This document shows, piece after piece, positions 30,558-46,900 of a stretch of DNA of 64,000 bases. The stretch lies in the NCBI RefSeq assembly GCF_009914755.1, contig NC_060942.1, one strand, 5' to 3'. The translations under genes were made by a program, and so were the position numbers. This DNA comes from the human T2T-CHM13v2.0 reference genome, Homo sapiens. The notes beneath the pieces are model-generated. The model did not search any database and was not told the origin of the DNA. It saw only the letters and a list, made by a program, of their open reading frames with translations. Position 1 is the first letter of the stretch. Every line of letters starts with the position of its first letter.

Positions 30558-31053
30558 TGTGATGGTTAATACTGAGTGTCAACTTGATTGGATTGAAGGA
30601 TACAAAGTACTGATCCTGGGTGTGTCTGGGAAGGTGTTGGCAAAGGAGATTAACATTTGAGTTAGTGGGCTGGGAAAGGCAGACCCACCCTTAATCTGGG
30701 TGGGCACAATCTAATCAGCTGCCAGTGAGGCTAGAATATAAAGCAGGCAGAAAAATGTGAAAAGAGGAGACTGGCCTAGCCTCCGAGGCTACATCTTTCT
30801 CCCGTGCTGGATGCTTCCTGTTCTCAACATTGGACTCTACATTCTTCAGTTTTGGGACTCGGACTGGCTCTCTTTGCTCCTCAGCTTGCAGACAGCCTAT
30901 TGTGGGACCTTGTGATCATGTCAGTTAATATTTAATAAACTTCCCTTTATATACATATATATGTGTGTGTGTTTATATATATAATTTAATAGGATTTATA
31001 TAAATATATAAATCCTATTAGTTCTGTCCCTCCAGAGAACGCTGACTAATACG
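30558..31053 (+). repeat. 3' LTR MLT2A
   Basis: tgtgatggttaatactgagtgtcaacttgattggattgaagg...gactaatac; AATAAA at about 30934. Confidence 0.93.
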
Positions 31054-31632
31054 GTCTCCCAAAATAGTGCCAGGGTTTCTCTGCCAGTAAAATGTGACAG
31101 CAGCTTGGTCTGTGTTTGCATTCCAGAGACTGGGGCGTGAAGGGTAAAAAGTACCCCCTGTGATGAAAAGAATTATTTTTCTTGCAAACTGGGACATATG
31201 TTGATAAAGAAAAGACCAGGTTCTTGCTTAGGTTTGGGGGTGAAAGGAAAAAAGCCTAGAAAAGAAGACCCATCCTCTTCTTTTACCACAAGTAAAGCTC
31301 CCGATCTTACTGAGAAGGAGCTTACCAAAAAAGGAAACATGGCTTGCAGAGCCACTGTGGAATGAAACCTGCAGGGGACAAAATAGTGAAGTGTGATGTG
31401 AGCAAGCTGCTTAAAGTCCCATCAGTAGCACCCCACCCTGCCAGGGAGCTCACAGCATCCACTCACAGCTGATCTCACTGACCACAGCCAGCCAGGGAGA
31501 TTAAATGACTTGCTCAGATTCACATTCTGACCCACAGACTGTGGTCACAGTTCACTGTGGTTTGTACCATAGGTGATTATTCCAGGAAAGAACATTTGGG
31601 GACCCTTTATAGAACAGTTCTCGAGACAGCAG

Positions 31633-32221
31633 TGAGAGAGGAGAAAGGAAGAAAATGGTCAGTCAGGTAGTTAGGGTGGGTCCTTGGTTGAATTCTTTCA
31701 AACAAAAGAAGAGCCTGAAAAATCGAGCTGCAGGCACAGATAAGGCAACTTGTACAGGGAGGCTTGCCTAAGACATGCCCACAGTGCACAGATAAGAAAG
31801 GCTACACGGGTGACTTACCCAGACATGCCCACAATGGAAAATTCCATCCCCCGATACATGTGCAGTAAAGGGAACAAAGCAATATGGAGTAACTCAAACT
31901 AAGGGCCCACATGCACATTAGGAGGATGGGGTGGAGCTACCAGAAATTCACACCTTATGCAAATGAGATGCCCAACCCTTATTGGTTTCTTATAAAAGCC
32001 TTTGCATTCAATTGTAAAAATGGCAACCCTCTTTTGGGCTTGCTCTTTGCAGCTGAGAGCTTTCTTCTTTTGCTTATTAACCTCTTGCTCCAATCTCACC
32101 CTTGGTGTCTGTGCTTCTTAATTTTCTTTGTCGTGGTACCTTGGGCAACAAGAGACTGCTTTGTTGTGGTGCATTGACAAGACTGTAACATTGTGGTATA
32201 TTTGTTGACAAGACTCCAATA
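31633..32221 (+). mobile_element. Solo ERV1 LTR, MER84-like
   Basis: tgagagaggagaaaggaagaaa...; TATAAAA at about 31991; TSD GCAG at 31629-31632 and 32222-32225; related to LTRs at 42034 and 49885. Confidence 0.7.
31760..31780. promoter_or_regulatory. Candidate p53 response element
   Basis: AGGCTTGCCT-a-AGACATGCCC: two perfect RRRCWWGYYY half-sites with a 1-bp spacer. Confidence 0.5.
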
Positions 32222-32949
32222 GCAGTGCACAAAGTTCTCTTATGTCCTAGAAGCATTTCTTATGGCAATATGAGAACCCTAAAGGCCAGTGTGGGCTACT
32301 GTGTGAGACCAGTGACTGCATGAAGGTCCAGAGGGTCTGAGCATCAGACTGCAAATGCTGCCAAGTAGGGGGAACAGTGGATGTGATGGCATCAGTATTT
32401 CAGCAGATGCAGAACTACTGACCCCAGAAGCACTCGTCAGGCCAGCCAGTGCTCACAACCCAATAAATTTGATCTCAGGAAATTGAATAGGGGCAAATAT
32501 GAGGTTCTGCTAGTGTGCTGAAGTGCAGGTAGAATCCCTGAGAAAGAAAAGCGGAAGTTTAATTTCTTTTCTACACTTTAATTGGAGTCTCGGTAGAGTT
32601 ATGCAGAATCTTAGAGCTGAGAAAAATGCAAGAAATGATCTAGCCCAACCAGTACAGATACAGACACCGAGGCCTAGGGAGATTGCAACCTAGTGAAGCT
32701 GGCCTCAACTCTGACAGAAGTGGTGCAGTTACATGTGCTGGCTGGGAGAGTTTGCACAAGCTATTTACCCCTCTGTTTCTTCATTTGAATGTGGGGTAAA
32801 AAGTGCCTGCTTATAGCACATTTTCAATAAATTTAGGTATTATCCACATAGCATGTTTCATACATTTTGGAATTCTTCATGTAAAAGAACACAGATATAA
32901 CTAAATAAGTATAGTTTAGAAATATACATATAACTGTAGGATGAAGAGG

Positions 32950-33370
32950 AGCAAGGACCAGACTCTGAAAAAAAGTCCATTTGAAAAATTCTGGAGGTTT
33001 TAGTTGAATGCAAATTCAAGAGGAACCAAGGATATGACTAGGCTGCTAAAAAAGCTAATGACACTCCAGGCTCTATTTGGAGTATCTAGACAGGAAACAG
33101 CCTCAATGTTTTCTGGGCTAATCAGATCACATTTAGACCATTGTTCCCAGCTGCAAATCACAGTGGCTGTCACCAAGTGACATCCAGATGGTGGGGAATC
33201 TGGAAGTCTTGTCTTATAAGGAAAATTTCAAGGCAATGGAGTAGCCAAGAGAACACTTGAGTGTAAAGGGTGGGATATAATGTAGTAGGGAAAGTCTGTC
33301 ATGAGAATGACAGAAAATGATTCAAATAGTAAAATTAGAACACTAGATGGAAGCTAAGGGGATGTATATT
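32950..33370 (+). mobile_element. L3/CR1 ancient LINE fragment
   Basis: ggttttagttga...ggctgctaaaaaagctaatg resembles the L3 ORF2 3' region. Confidence 0.45.
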
Positions 33371-33396
33371 TCACTTCACTTTACGTATGACATTTG

Positions 33397-33715
33397 GGCT
33401 AGGCATGGTGGCTCATGCCTATAATCTCAGCACTTTGGGAGGCTGAAGTGGGAGGATCACTTCAGCCCAGGAGTTTGAGACCAACCTGGGCAACACAGTG
33501 TGACATCATCTCTACAAAATAAATGAATAAATAAATAAATAAATAAATAAATAAAATTAGCTGAGCATGGTGGCATGTGCCTGTGGTCCCAGCTACTCAG
33601 GAGGCTGAGGCAGGATGATCACTTGAGCCCCGGAGTTTGAGGCTGCAGTGAGCCATGTTCGCACCACTACACTTCAGTCTGGGCAACAGAGAGAGACCCT
33701 GTCTCAAAAAAAAAG
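33397..33715 (+). mobile_element. AluJ with (TAAA)n in the linker
   Basis: ggatcacttcagcccaggagtttgag J-type diagnostics. Confidence 0.9.
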
Positions 33716-33849
33716 AATGAAATTTGAGGCAATCATAGATATCCACAAAGACAAGGTTTTACAAGGAAGTTGCTTGGCACTGTTTGAGCAGTAACTAGCT
33801 GTTGTAAAACAGTTCTTGCATTCAGTAGTTGGAAATGATAACAGCTACC

Positions 33850-34030
33850 ATTATTATCTCTAATTCTTACAACAACTCCGTAAGGTAAGGCATAGTGTCT
33901 TCATTTTATAGATAAGAAAACTGAGGCTCAAAGAGGTTATTCAACAGGTCCAAGATCATATGTCTATTAGTTAGATGAGCCAAGATTCAAACTTGGATCT
34001 GCCACTAAATTACCCATTCATTCTTTTGTG
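33850..34030 (-). mobile_element. MIR
   Basis: cattttatagataagaaaactgaggctca core. Confidence 0.75.
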
Positions 34031-34864
34031 CCATGATACCAACCTGCCAGTTCACCTTTTCCCATAGTTTCCATCATTTCCTTCTGTCTACCCTATTTCT
34101 CTCTGGTTGGTCAGAATTAAATCCAGAGTAGCAAGTCACCTCATTACTTTATCTACCTTTGGTCAAAGTTGTTTATATCCTTTTGAAAGAATTCATAGGA
34201 CCACCAGAAAGATGCAAATAACAAAGTATTCTTAAGAGTTAATTTCTTGTCTATAAATGCAAAGAAAATACATTAAATAGAACACAAAATATATCCCTTA
34301 AAAACTCTAATGAATGCAGGACCAGATTGGCAATGGTCTCCACAGAGTAAAATGAACAGACACTCTATCTTCTCTCTTTGCACAGTTATCATCCAGGTGC
34401 TGCTCCTGACTGCCTGGGGCTCTAACTCTCAATGAGGAGGAGATGCCAGGACCTGTGCCAAGATCAGAGAGCCCACTGGGAATAGCACATCAAAGGAAAC
34501 TTTCAGGTCTTCACAGCATGCAAGAGCAGAAGTGTTCTTAGTAATCACACAGTCTGCTTCCTTCTTACTTCACAAGTGAAGAAATTGAGGCCTAGAGAGA
34601 CGGAGTAACTCTCCCATGGCCCAAAGTATTTGAACAGAAGACTAGAATCATGGCCTCTGCACTACACCAGTGGGAGTTATATTAAAGCTGCAGAGGCCAG
34701 GTCCCACACTGGCACTGGTGGATACATACACAGGCATTCCTAATGCACTACTGAATAATTTGCTGTGCACACATGATTAAACACTTCACTACAACAGCTT
34801 TTTTAATTTGTACTTTTATTAGCCAATTTCTTTTTGTATTTCTATCTGTTTTTGTGTTTGCCTA

Positions 34865-35270
34865 CAAAATAGCTTTATTAAGAGAGAATCACATACCATA
34901 CAATTCACTCATTTAAAGTGTATATTTCAATAGTTTTTAGGATATTCACAGAGTTATGCAACCATGACCACAATCAATTTTGAACATTTTAATTGTCCCA
35001 ATCCCCATGCCCATTAGCAGTCACTCTCCATTTCCCTCCATCTCCTCCAGTCCTAGGCAGCCACTAATCTACTGTCTGTCTACAGATTGGCCTATCCTGG
35101 ATATTTCATTTAAAGTGAGCCACACAATATGTGGTCTTTTGTGACTGTCTCCTTTCACTTTAGTATAATATTTTCAAGTTTCATCCATGTTGTAGCAGGG
35201 ATCACAACTGTACTTCATTCCTCTTTATTGCAAAATACTATTCCATTGCATGGATACATCACCTTTTAAA
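34865..35270 (-). mobile_element. L1MB-type 3' end, resuming at 38485-38815
   Basis: tcacataccatacaattcactcatttaaagtgta...; continues catcagttgatggatatctgggttgtttcc after the Alu and L1PA inserts. Confidence 0.8.
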
Positions 35271-35274
35271 AATC

Positions 35275-35582
35275 TTTTTTTTGAGACGAGGTCTCACTCT
35301 GTTGCCCAGGCTAGAGTGCAGTGGCACAATCAGGGCTCACTGCAGCCTCAACCTCCTAGGCTCAAGAGATCCTCCCACCTCAGTCCACTCCCTCACCCCA
35401 CCCAAGTAGCTGGGTCTACAGATGTGCACCACCACGCCCAGCTAATTTTTAAGAAATTTTTAGTAGAGATGATGTCTCACTATGTTGCCCAGGATGATCT
35501 GCAACTCCTGAGCTTGAAGTAATCCTCCCAACTTGCCTTCCCAAAGTGTTCGGATTACAAGCATGAGCCACTGTGTCCAACC
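35275..35582 (-). mobile_element. AluJ
   Basis: Reverse Alu flanked by ttaaaa(a)tcttt. Confidence 0.9.
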
Positions 35583-35595
35583 TTAAAATCTTTTC

Positions 35596-38490
<2,895 letters not shown>

Positions 38491-38819
38491 TGATGGATAT
38501 CTGGGTTGTTTCCACTTTTTTGCTGTTAGGAATAATATTGCTATAAACATTCATGTACACACTTTAGTGTAAGCACATGTTTTCTTTTCTCTTGGATATA
38601 TACTTAGAGTAGAACTGCTAGATCACATGTTTACACTATATTTAGCTTTTTGAGGAAGTGCAGACTTTTCCAAAGCAGAATTTTACATTCTTATCTAACA
38701 GTATGTGAAGGCTCTAATTTTTCTATATTCTCAACAACACTTGTAATCATCTTTTTATTATAGCCATCCTACCAGGTGCAAAGTGGTATTTCATTGTGGT
38801 TTTGATTTGTGTTTTTGTG

Positions 38820-41800
38820 ATCTATCTGTTTTTTATTTTTATATTTTGAAACTATACATTTAGACATGTAAAAATGTATGGTTATTACATCTTCTTATTG
38901 GAAAACAATTTTTTATTTTTACTTTCTAGAGATGGGGTCTCGATATGTTGCCCAGGCTGGTCTCAAACTCCTGGGCTCAAGTGATCCTACCTCAGCCTCC
39001 CAAGTAGCTGGAACTATGGGTGCCTCCTGCTGCACTGGACTTGGAATATAACTTTTATTAATATGAAATAACCCCTTATCACACAATATGCTTTTTGCCT
39101 TAAATTCTATTTTGTCTGATGTTAATATTACAATATGCATTTTTGTTTTTGTTAACATTTTCCTGACATATATTTTTCTGCTTCATTTTATTTTACAGCG
39201 ATTCAAATATAACACATAGCTAATTTATTTATTGTAACCACTCTGAATTTTAACAGACTATGGCTCATTTATATTTATTTTGATTATGTATAGGGTTTAT
39301 CCTACCCTTCAAATTTATTACAGTTTCTTAGTATTTGTTTTTTCTTTCATGTCTTATAAGATTGATTGAATTTTCCTTACTCTGTTTTGTTCTTTTAGTG
39401 GTTTTCCTTAAATCATTAAAACACATATTTCTGTTATTTGGTATCTTTAACTTCTCCCCTGAAAGGGAAAAGAAACTGAACAAGATTCCCTTTCTCCCTT
39501 ATTACTCTTGCCTCCTCTCATGTCAGAATTATCTGGAATTTCAGTTCTAGTAATAAGGATATGTTAATAATTACTGCAGCAACTAACATTTATAAAGCAA
39601 CTCACTTTATTCCACAACTTGTATTAAACAATTTATAAGCATTAATTTCTCTAATCATACCAGAATGTCTAGGAGGTATGCATATGGTTATGTTACCTGT
39701 CAGAGATTACACAGTTAATAGCAGAGCTTATATTAACATTGTTCATCAACACTTATTTACATTTTACACTTAACTCAAGTTTCTCTGGTTCCTTTGCTTG
39801 TAGTTATTATCTCCTTTGGATTTAATAGAGCAAATCCTTCAGTATTACTTTCTGAGACAGTTTAAGGGTGTTTCTTACATGTCCATGTCTTTCGTTTTGC
39901 TCTCACACCAAGAATATTAGCTTGGATATAAAATTAGGTCCAAAATAAGTTTCCTTCAGAATATGGCTTAATTAAGTTTAACACGCAAGTTACCCTTGGA
40001 AATCCTGATGCCATTCATATTTTCATTTCTTTGTAGATATTTTGTCTATCTGTCTGTCTCTCTCTGCTACACATTATTCTATTGTGTGAATGTACCCTAG
40101 TTTATTTGATCAATCTCCTAGAAATGGGTGGATACATAAGTTATTTGCAATAGTTTATAATCAAAACAATGCTGCAATATATAACGTCTTATATATGTAT
40201 TTTCAAATTATTGGAGGTATAACTTCACAGAAAATTTCTAGAAGTGGTACTGCTGAGTTCAAGGGTAAACTTATGTGTAGTTTTGTTGGATATTACAAAA
40301 TTCCCCTCCATGAGTGTTGTACTCATTTTCATTCACACCAGGAATATTTTACAGTGCCTATTTGTCCACAGCTTTACAAGCAATGTGTTTTTATATTTAA
40401 AATGTTTTGCCAACCTAATATGTGAGAAATAGTATCTCAGCATAGTTTTGACTTGAATTTTTTAAATTATGAGGGAGCTTGAACATTTTTTGTGTGTGAA
40501 ATGTCTGTTCATATTTTTTATCCATTTTACTCTTGGGTTCTTTCGTCACTTAACCTTCAATTAACTCCTTAGCTATGACATATGTTGCAAATATTTTCTG
40601 CAAGTTTGCCATTCATTGTTTAACTTTGCTTACGGGCTTTTGTTTGTTGCTTTCATCATGCAAATACTTTTAAAAACATAGTTAAATTGATGCATCTTTT
40701 CTTTTATTGCACCTATATTTTGAGAGATAGTTTAAAAGCCTTCCTTATATCTAGGTTATAGAGAAATTCACCCATATTTTCTTCTAATAAATGCATGTTT
40801 CTGTTTTTATATCTCTGCTCTTTTTGTAGTTTATTCTTGTAAATGACCAGGTATATGAATCTAATTTTATCCTTTTGACTATCCAGTTGTCCCAGCATCA
40901 TTTTAAAAAAATGTTTATCTTTTGCCCAATAATTCGAGATGCCACCTTTATAATACACTGTAACTCCACGTGTATTTGGGTCTGTTTTCTTCTCTACACC
41001 ACTGGTCTATCTGTCCAGTCTATTTATGTACTAGTACTTGGAGTGTCTTAATAATAGAGGCTTTATACTTTGTTTTCATATCTGAAAGGGCTAGTCCCCT
41101 TATCACTGTTCTTTTTCCATGTTCTCATAAGTATTCCTGCACACTCATATGAACTTTAATATCAACTTGTATAGCTCCATTGAAGATTGTTGGTATTGTT
41201 GGGATTGAATTACATTTATGAATTCACATAAAGGGAACTGACATCTTTAAAACATTGAGTCATCCTATCCAAGAATGAGCCGTGTACTTCCATTTGTTTA
41301 AGTCTTATTTTTTGTCTTTTAGGGGAATGTTTGTTTCATATTTCTTATTCCATTTTTGTTAGGTATTTTATCTTCTTTATTGATATTATAAATGAGTTTT
41401 CTACTGTTATATCATCTAACTTGTTATTGTTCATATATATGAAGTATTATCATATGTTTTCTACTTTTCTAATTTACTGAATTATTTAGTTATTTGAGTT
41501 AGTTTTATCATTGAGTTTCTTTCTGAGGAAATTCCAAAGGCTTCTAGATATATTATCATATTTTCCAAATATAGACTTTTACTTCCTTTTTTCTAACTAT
41601 TTTGCCTCTAATTTATTTCTCTTTTCTAATTATATTGGCTAATACATTCAGTAAAATATTAAATAGTAGTGAAGATAGTGGTCCTTCTTGCCTCAATCCT
41701 GACTGTATTGAAAATACCACTAGTGTTTCTCCATTAATGAAATTATTGATTAATTCTTATTTCCTTGCAGATTTTCACTGGAAATCTTGTCAAATACCTT

Positions 41801-42033
41801 TTTCAGCATCCATGGAGAACATAGATGATTTTCCATTATTATAACTATTAATTTGGTGTGTGTATTTATGGATTTCCTAACATTGAACCAACCTTGCCTA
41901 ACATCGAACCAACTTTGTTATTTATTCCTAAAATAAATTCCACTTTGTCATGATGTATTATATTCTTAACTTGGTGTGAGGTTCCTTTTGATATTTTATT
42001 TCATATTTTTGCATAGATATTCATAAATGATAT
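38820..42033 (-). mobile_element. Old L1M fragments (with Alu monomer at about 38915-39040); host of provirus 4, resuming about 51110-52310
   Basis: T-rich, degenerate ORF2 on - strand (e.g. 40713-40958). Confidence 0.7.
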
Positions 42034-42431
42034 TGTGAGAGGAAAGAAAAAGAAATCAACTAGTCAGATAGTTAGGGCAAGGGTCCTCAGTAGAGTTCCC
42101 TTCTAACAAAAAGCAGCTTCTCTTCTAACAAAAAGCAGCCCAAGAGGTCATTTCTCTTTCAGCAAAGAGAAGCCCGAGAAATCAGGCTGCAAACACAGAT
42201 AAGGAAGGCAAGCTCTAATACATAAAGGGGCCTCCTGTGTGACATATGGACATACAGTGGGTCCAGTAAGCACATCCTCTCCCTTCTTGGAAATGCTAAG
42301 ACAAGGAGGCTTGCACAGGGGAAGGAGACTAGTAGGGGGGATGCCCCCACTGTGTTCCTCTCCACCTGGGTCACTCCAAAACAGGGGAGAAGACTAAGGG
42401 ATGCCTTTCCTTCCCCTCCCCTTCTTTCTAG

Positions 42432-43927
42432 GTGGGTAACAAATCATCTTCAGCCTGCTCTCCTCTTGAGTGCATTCTGAATCACTGGAACTCTTTGACC
42501 CCGGGACTGAAGAAAAAGTGGTCATATTCTTTTGCACAAGGGTGTGGCCTTCTTACCAGCTTGGGGATGGACGAACCTGGCTTTCTGAGGGAAGTCTTTA
42601 TTTTAATACTATCCAACAATTAATCTTTTCTGTGGACGAGAGGGCAAATGGTCTGGGGTCCCCTATGTACAGGTTTTCTTTGCCCTGCAGGACAACTCAG
42701 ACCTCTGCAAGTGATACACAATTGACCCAGTTCTTTTAGCAGTCATATCAGGCAGACCCATGGGGAATAACTCCCCAAAGCTAAGAAAACTAATTCCTGG
42801 AAAATCCTCTGAAACAACTACTAAGTGTCTCAGTCCCTCTTGTCCCCCTTATCTGGGGCCCCCTCCTCCAACTGTGCCATCAGCTCCTCCAGTTCCACCA
42901 CTTCCAAAACTCCCTACTTCCCCAGCTTCACTTTAACCCCTGCAAGAAATGCCTGATGGACATTGTGCCACAAGGGTGCAGGTTCCCTTCTCATTGCAGA
43001 ACCTTAGACAAATAAAAGTAGACCTGGGTAGATTCTCTGATGACCCCAACAGATATATAGAGGCTTTCCAAAATCTAGACCAAGTGTTTGACCTCACATG
43101 GAGAGATGTTATGTTACTCTTAAACCAAACCCTAACAGCTGCTGAGAGGCAGGCAGCTCTGCAGACAGTAGAAAAATGTGGGGATGCACAACATATTTCT
43201 TACAGCAGGCCAAAAAGGAAAAGAGGAAATAAGGAAGGAGAGGAAATTATGGAACAACCATTCCCAATAGGGAGAGAGGCAATACTACTTGAAAACCTTG
43301 GCTGGGACCCTAGTGCCCCCACTGATGAACTGAAAATGAAACACTTTTTAATATGCATATTGGAGGGCCTACAAAAAAACTAGGGCCAAACCTTTTAATT
43401 ACTCTAAGCTCTCCATGATAGATTAGAGACCAGATGTGAATCCCTCAGCTTTTACGGAAAGACTGAGAGAGGCCTTAATAAAACAGAATTCCCTGTCTGT
43501 TGACTCAGTTGAAGGACAGCTAATCCTAAAGGACAAGTTTATTACTCAGGCAGCACCTGATATTAGAAGAAAATTACAGAAACAGGCTATAGGACCAGAT
43601 AGTACTCTGGAGAACCTCCTGAGGGTGGCCACCTTGGTCTTTTACGATAGGTATCAGGAGGAGGCCCAGGAATAAAGAGAGGAAGCACAGGAGAAGGACA
43701 GAGGCTCTGATAGCCACTTTACAGGCCTGTAAAGTCCAGGATCCATGAGGTGCACCCACTAATTGCTATCGGTGTGCCAAATCAGGGAACTTTAAGAAGG
43801 GCTGTCTAGGCAGAAAGAATAAGCCACCTCGACCCTGTCCAGTGGGGACTACTGGAGGTCAGACTGCCCTCAGAGACATAGGTCACTGGGTCAAGAACTG
43901 GTCTCACAAATGGTCTGGCAAGCCTGA
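42432..43927 (+). pseudogene. gag: gag remnant
   Basis: [18 protein letters not shown]; VQVPFSLQNLRQIKVDLGRFSDDP; DKFITQAAPDIRRKLQK; CYRCAKSGNFKKGC knuckle. Confidence 0.9.
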
Positions 43928-46900
43928 CAGGTCCTGGGGCTCAATTTCCCGGCTCCAGTGGCCCAAACTGCCATTACTGCCCAGGAGTCCCAGGTGATTC
44001 TAGAAATGGAAGGAAGGAGGGTGGACCTCCTTCTGGATGCTGGAGCCAGTCTATCTGTTCTCTCCAGTCCAGGCCTCCCCTCTTCCCATAGCATGACCAT
44101 AAAGGGCATCTCAGGAAAGGTTCTAACCCAATATTTTTCTCAATCCTTTAGTTGTAGCTAGGGGAACCTACTATTTACACATGCCTTTTTAATCATGCCT
44201 GGAAGTCCCACTCCCTTACTAGGTAGAGATATTTTAGCTTTCATGGGAGCCAGTATCCTTACGACCCTAAGACAAACTCTTTGTCTTCTCGTGGTGGAAA
44301 CCAATATTAGCCCAGGGGTGTGGGCAAGCCAGGGGAAAATCAGCCAGGCTATAACCACTATACAGGTCCAGATCCGTCTTAAGGATCCCACTTCTTTTCC
44401 TAACCAAAGACAATATCCCCTAAAGCCAGAGGCTAGAAAAGGGTTAGAGGTCATTGTGAATAATCTGAAGAAGCAGGGCCTCCTCAAACCCTGCAACAGC
44501 CCCTGCAACACCCCAATATTAGGGTTGCAGAAATCCAATGGGGAGGGAGACTAGTTCAGGACCTCTGCCTCATTAATGAGGCCATAGTCCCAATTCATCC
44601 AGTAGTCCCTAATCTCTATACTTTGCTAACCCAAATACCTGAGGAACCTAAATGTTTCACAGTGCTAGACATAAAGGATGCCTTTTTCTGTATACCACTA
44701 CACCCTAACTCAGAGTATCTACTTGCCTTCAAAGATCCCTCTGGCCAGACTGCCCAGTTAACCTGGATGGTGTTGCTGCAAGGGTTTTGGGACAGTCCTC
44801 ACTTGTTTGGACAAGCACTGTCTAAAGACCTTTCTGAGTTATCTCATTCTCAAGCTAAAGTCCTACAGTATGTAGATGACATTCTTCTCTGTGCCCCAAC
44901 TGAGAAAGCTTCTCAGGAGGGCAGTGAGGCCCTTCTCAATTTCTTAGCTAATAGGGGATATAAAGTTTCAAATTCCAAGGCCCAGCTTTGCCAAACCTCA
45001 GTGAAGTACCTGAGTTAGTATTGTCTGAAGGGACCAGAGCACTGGGAGAAGAAAGCACTAAGCCCATTTCCTCCTTCCCCCTTCCTAAAACCCTCAAGCA
45101 ACTAAGAAGATTTTAGGGTATTACAGGATTTTGCAGGCTATGGATACCTGAGTATGGGAAAATGGCTCATCCCTTATACCAACTAATAAAGGAAACCCAG
45201 GCAGCCAAGACTCATTCCCTAATTTGGGAACCAGAGGCAAAAAAGGCCTTTAACAAGCTTAAACAAGCCCTGCTTGAGTCATCAGCCCTTAGCTTTCTGA
45301 TAGAGAAGGCACTCAGTCTTTATGTGTCAGAAAGAAAGGGAATGGCCCTGGGAGTTTTAACTCAGACCCAAGGGCCAGCTCAACAGGCAGTGGGTTACCT
45401 AAGTAAGGAACTGAACCTGGTGGCTAAAGGATGGTCAGCCTGCCTCCAGGCAGTTGCAGCGGTAGCTTTACTGGTGCCAGAAGCCACCAAATTAACCCAG
45501 GGGAGTAGCTTAACTGTTTATACCCCACATAATATGTGGGGAACAGGATTGCTCTTCTCTAAAGGGGGTCTTTGGCTAACAGCCACCTCCTTAAATACAA
45601 GGCTTTACTACTAGAGGGATCTGCAGTCCAACTAAAGACTTGCTCTTGCCTGAATTCAGCCAGCTTCCTCCCAGAGGAAACTGGAAAACTTGAACATGAC
45701 CGTGAGCAAGTTGTGATACAAATCTATGTAGCCAGGGAGGATCTCAGGGGAACTCTCCTAGAAAACCTAGACTGGATCCTCTTTACAGATGGGAGCTCCT
45801 TTGTGGAACAGAGAGTCCATAAGGCAGGATATGCAGTAGTCACCCTAAATAGTATCATTGAAAGTGCATCTCTCTCACCAGGCAAAAGCATTCAATTAGC
45901 TGAGCTGATAGCTCTTAAAAGGGTGCTTGATATGGTTTGGCTGTGTCCCCATCTAAATCTCATCTTGAATTGCCACATGTTGTGGAAGGAACCCGACAGG
46001 AGGTAATTGGATCATGGGGGGAAGTCTTTCCCATGCTGTTCTAATGATGATGAATAAGTCTGAAGAGATCTGATGGTTTTATAAAGAAGAGTTCCCCTGC
46101 ACAAGCTCTCTCTCTTTGCCTGCTGCCATCCACATAAGCTATGACTTGCTCCTCTTTGCCTTCCACCATGATTATGAGGCCTCCCCAGCCATGTGTAACT
46201 ATAAGTCCATTAAACCTCTTTCTTTTGTAAATTTCCCAGTCTCAGGTACGTCTTTATCAGCAGCATGAGAACAGACTAATACAGTGCTTGGATTAAGCAA
46301 AGGAAAAACAGCTAACATTTATATTGACTCCAAATATGCCTTTCTTATCCTCCATGTTCATGCTACCATTTGGAAGAAGAGATACTTTCTCACTGATAAT
46401 GGCTCTCCCATAAAATACTATTAGGAAATTAACAGGCTGTTATCCTCAGATTTCCTTCCATGAGAAGTAGCAGTAATGTATTGTAAAGGACACCAGACAG
46501 GAACAGATGAAATAGCTGAGGGAAACAAGTTAGTTGACCAGGCAGCAGGGTCAGCAGCAAGAAAGGCTGAGGATGCCAACACTCTTGAAGCCCCTCTAAT
46601 CTGAGAAGGCTCCATCAGGGAAATAAAGCCTCAATATTCCTCTGCAGAAATACAATGGTCCACCTCTCAGGGATACACTTTTCAGCCCACAGGATAGTTG
46701 CGGTCAGAGAACAGCAAGCTCCACTTGCCAGCCTCCAACCAGTGGAAGGTACTTAAAAACCTTCACCAAACTTTTCACCTAGGGAACAATAAAGTTTATC
46801 AATCTGTCCAAAGATTATTCTCAGGGGAGAACCTGCTAAAAACAAGTCAAGCAGGTTGTTAATGCTTGTGAAGTCTGTCTTAAAAACAACTCCCTCAACA

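Noticed and set aside
32164-32221. Short repeats at the LTR end (ttgtggt...ttgacaagact x2) and the 45-bp repeat at 61150 as CRISPR-like arrays
   Set aside because: Only two degenerate copies, no spacers, eukaryotic repeat context
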